Shown: piece after piece, positions 62,468 through 64,000 of the stretch
How the letters are laid out: each line of letters opens with the position of its first letter
How positions within the stretch are numbered: the first letter of the stretch is position 1
Origin: Scyliorhinus canicula
Lineage: Eukaryota
Reading direction: 5' to 3'
DNA: 64,000 nucleotides
NCBI RefSeq assembly: GCF_902713615.1
Contig: NC_052146.1
Location: 83,593,982 to 83,657,981 of the forward strand
Program-made: the position numbers and the translations under genes
Notes under the pieces: generated by a model
The model's input: the letters and a program-made list of their open reading frames with translations, nothing else
Database searches by the model: none
What the model was told of the DNA's origin: nothing

Positions 62468-63472
62468 GCCGCTGCTGTTGCCATTGACGCCGTCATTGCT
62501 GCCAACGCTGCTGCTACCCTAGTTTCTGCTGTCATTGCTGCCAACGCTGCTGCTGACATTGTTTCTGCTGTCATTGCTGCCAACTCTGCTGCTGCCATTG
62601 CTGCTGTCGCTACTGCTACCCTTGTTTCTGCTGTCATTGCTGCCAACGCTGCTGCTGACATTGTTTCTGCTGTCATTGCTGCCAACGCTGCTGCTGCCAT
62701 TGCTGCCAACGCTGCTGCTGCCATTGCTGCCAACGCTGCTGCTGCCATTGCTGCCAACGCTGCTGCTGCCATTGCTGCCAACGCTGCTGCTGACATTGTT
62801 TCTGCTGTCATTGCTGCCAACGCTGCTGCTGCCATTGCTGCCAACGCTGCTGCTGCCATTGCTGCCAACGCTGCTGCTGACATTGTTTCTGCTGTCATTG
62901 CTGCCAACGCTGCTGCTGTCATTGCTGCCAACGCTGCTGCTGCCATTGCTGCCAACGCTGCTGCTGCCATTGCTGCCAACGCTGCTGCTGTCATTGCTGC
63001 CAACGCTGCTGCTGACATTGTTTCTGCTGCCATTGCTGCCAACGCTGCTGCTGACATTGTTGCTGCTGCTTTCATCGTTGTTGCCACCGTTGTTGCTGCC
63101 ATCATTGCTGCCGCCTCTGCTGCCGTTGTTGCTACCATCTCTGCTGCTGTCATTGCCGCCACTGCCGTCATTGCCCCTGCTGTTGCCGCTGCTGTCATTG
63201 CCGCCACTGCCGTCATTGCCCCTGCTGTTGCCGCTGCTGTCATTGCCGCCACTGCCGTCATTGCCCCTGCTGTTGCCGCTGCTGTCATTGCCGCCACTGC
63301 CGTCATTGCCCCTGCTGTTGCCGCTGCTGTCATTGCCGCCGCTGCCGTTGTTGCCACCATCACTGTTGTTGCTGCCACCATTGTTGCTGCTGACGCTGTT
63401 GCTGTCATTGCTGCAGCTGTTGTTGCCACTGCCATCGTTGCCCCTGCTGCTGCCACTGTTGTCGCTGCCACT
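62468..63472. repeat. Compound GCT/GCC triplet-based repeat with 24-bp and 45-bp higher-order units
   Basis: Units gccattgctgccaacgctgctgct and gtcattgccgccactgccgtcattgcccctgctgttgccgctgct. Confidence 0.95.
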
Positions 63473-63775
63473 GTGGGTGAAATAGCTTCTGGTTTCAGGC
63501 CTGAAACATGCCTGCTGTTACCATAGAAACAGAGAAACCTACATCCCAGAAGGAAACCATTGAGCCTGTTGTGTTTGGACTGACCTTGTAGGTTACAACA
63601 TTTCAAATACATACGTTTCTTTTAATGCAATGGGGATGTCTGCCTCTCAACATCCTTTCAGCTGGAGAATTTCAGATCCTCACCACCCTGACTCCAGTGC
63701 AGTTCCTAGGAGAGCTGGACTTTTGTGAGGTGCTGGCTTTTGAATGCGATCAGGCTACATCTGTGGAGTGAGAAA

Positions 63776-63851
63776 GAGTTAAATTTCAGGGTGGTGACCT
63801 TTCATCAGAGCAGGTTCTGATGAACAGGTATTGAACTGAAACATTAATTCT
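63776..63851. ncRNA. Inverted pair of degenerate minimal hammerhead ribozyme cores
   Basis: + strand CTGATGA (63817-63823)...GAAAc (63838-63842); - strand CTGATGA-aaggtcaccaccct-GAAA (63808-63784). Confidence 0.55.
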
Positions 63852-64000
63852 GTTTCACTCCAGCGCTTTCTGTTTTAATTTCAGATTTTCAGCATCTTCA
63901 GTGCTTTGCTTTTGGTGTGACAGGTCCCAGCTGTCGTCTTGACTCCCAGGGCACTCTGGATTCTGAAGGGTTCTGAAGAAGAGTAGGGGAATTAACCACA

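Noticed and set aside
62410-63612. Calling this an antifreeze protein gene
   Set aside because: Similarity is compositional only; there is no 11-residue Thr periodicity, clear signal peptide or expression evidence. Kept as a lower-level finding.

Overview
This is eukaryotic DNA from a cartilaginous fish. The HE1/V-type SINEs, CR1, L2 and L1 LINEs and poly-G tracts point to a shark; a catshark is my inference. The window holds the middle and 3' part of one + strand protein-coding gene, KIAA1522/NHSL3 (NHS-like family). I reconstructed four phase-compatible exons: 13848-13918, 24865-25012, 34384-34509 and a ~3.9 kb exon at 37804-41682. The upstream exons appear to lie outside the window and the terminal exon is unresolved. 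The rest is intronic or flanking and dense in transposable elements: CR1, L2, L1, Penelope fragments, tRNA-derived SINEs, a hAT/Buster element with a perfect 8-bp TSD, Harbinger elements and MITEs, a decayed two-LTR Ty3/Gypsy provirus and solo LTRs. There are also several large minisatellites. Most of the very long ORFs in the supplied track are artefacts of these arrays. The most notable observations: (1) minisatellites born inside transposon coding sequence (a 24-mer from the L2 RT motif, a 28-mer from a Harbinger transposase, a 34-mer in L1 ORF1); (2) a 42-bp coding VNTR in KIAA1522; (3) a head-to-head pair of degenerate hammerhead ribozyme cores in a Penelope-derived palindrome; (4) a ~1 kb Ala-rich repeat open on both strands; (5) a recent 166-bp inverted templated duplication. 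I found no convincing wholly new biological system, and no CRISPR or prokaryotic features. Repeat boundaries are approximate and family names come from recognition, not database searches.
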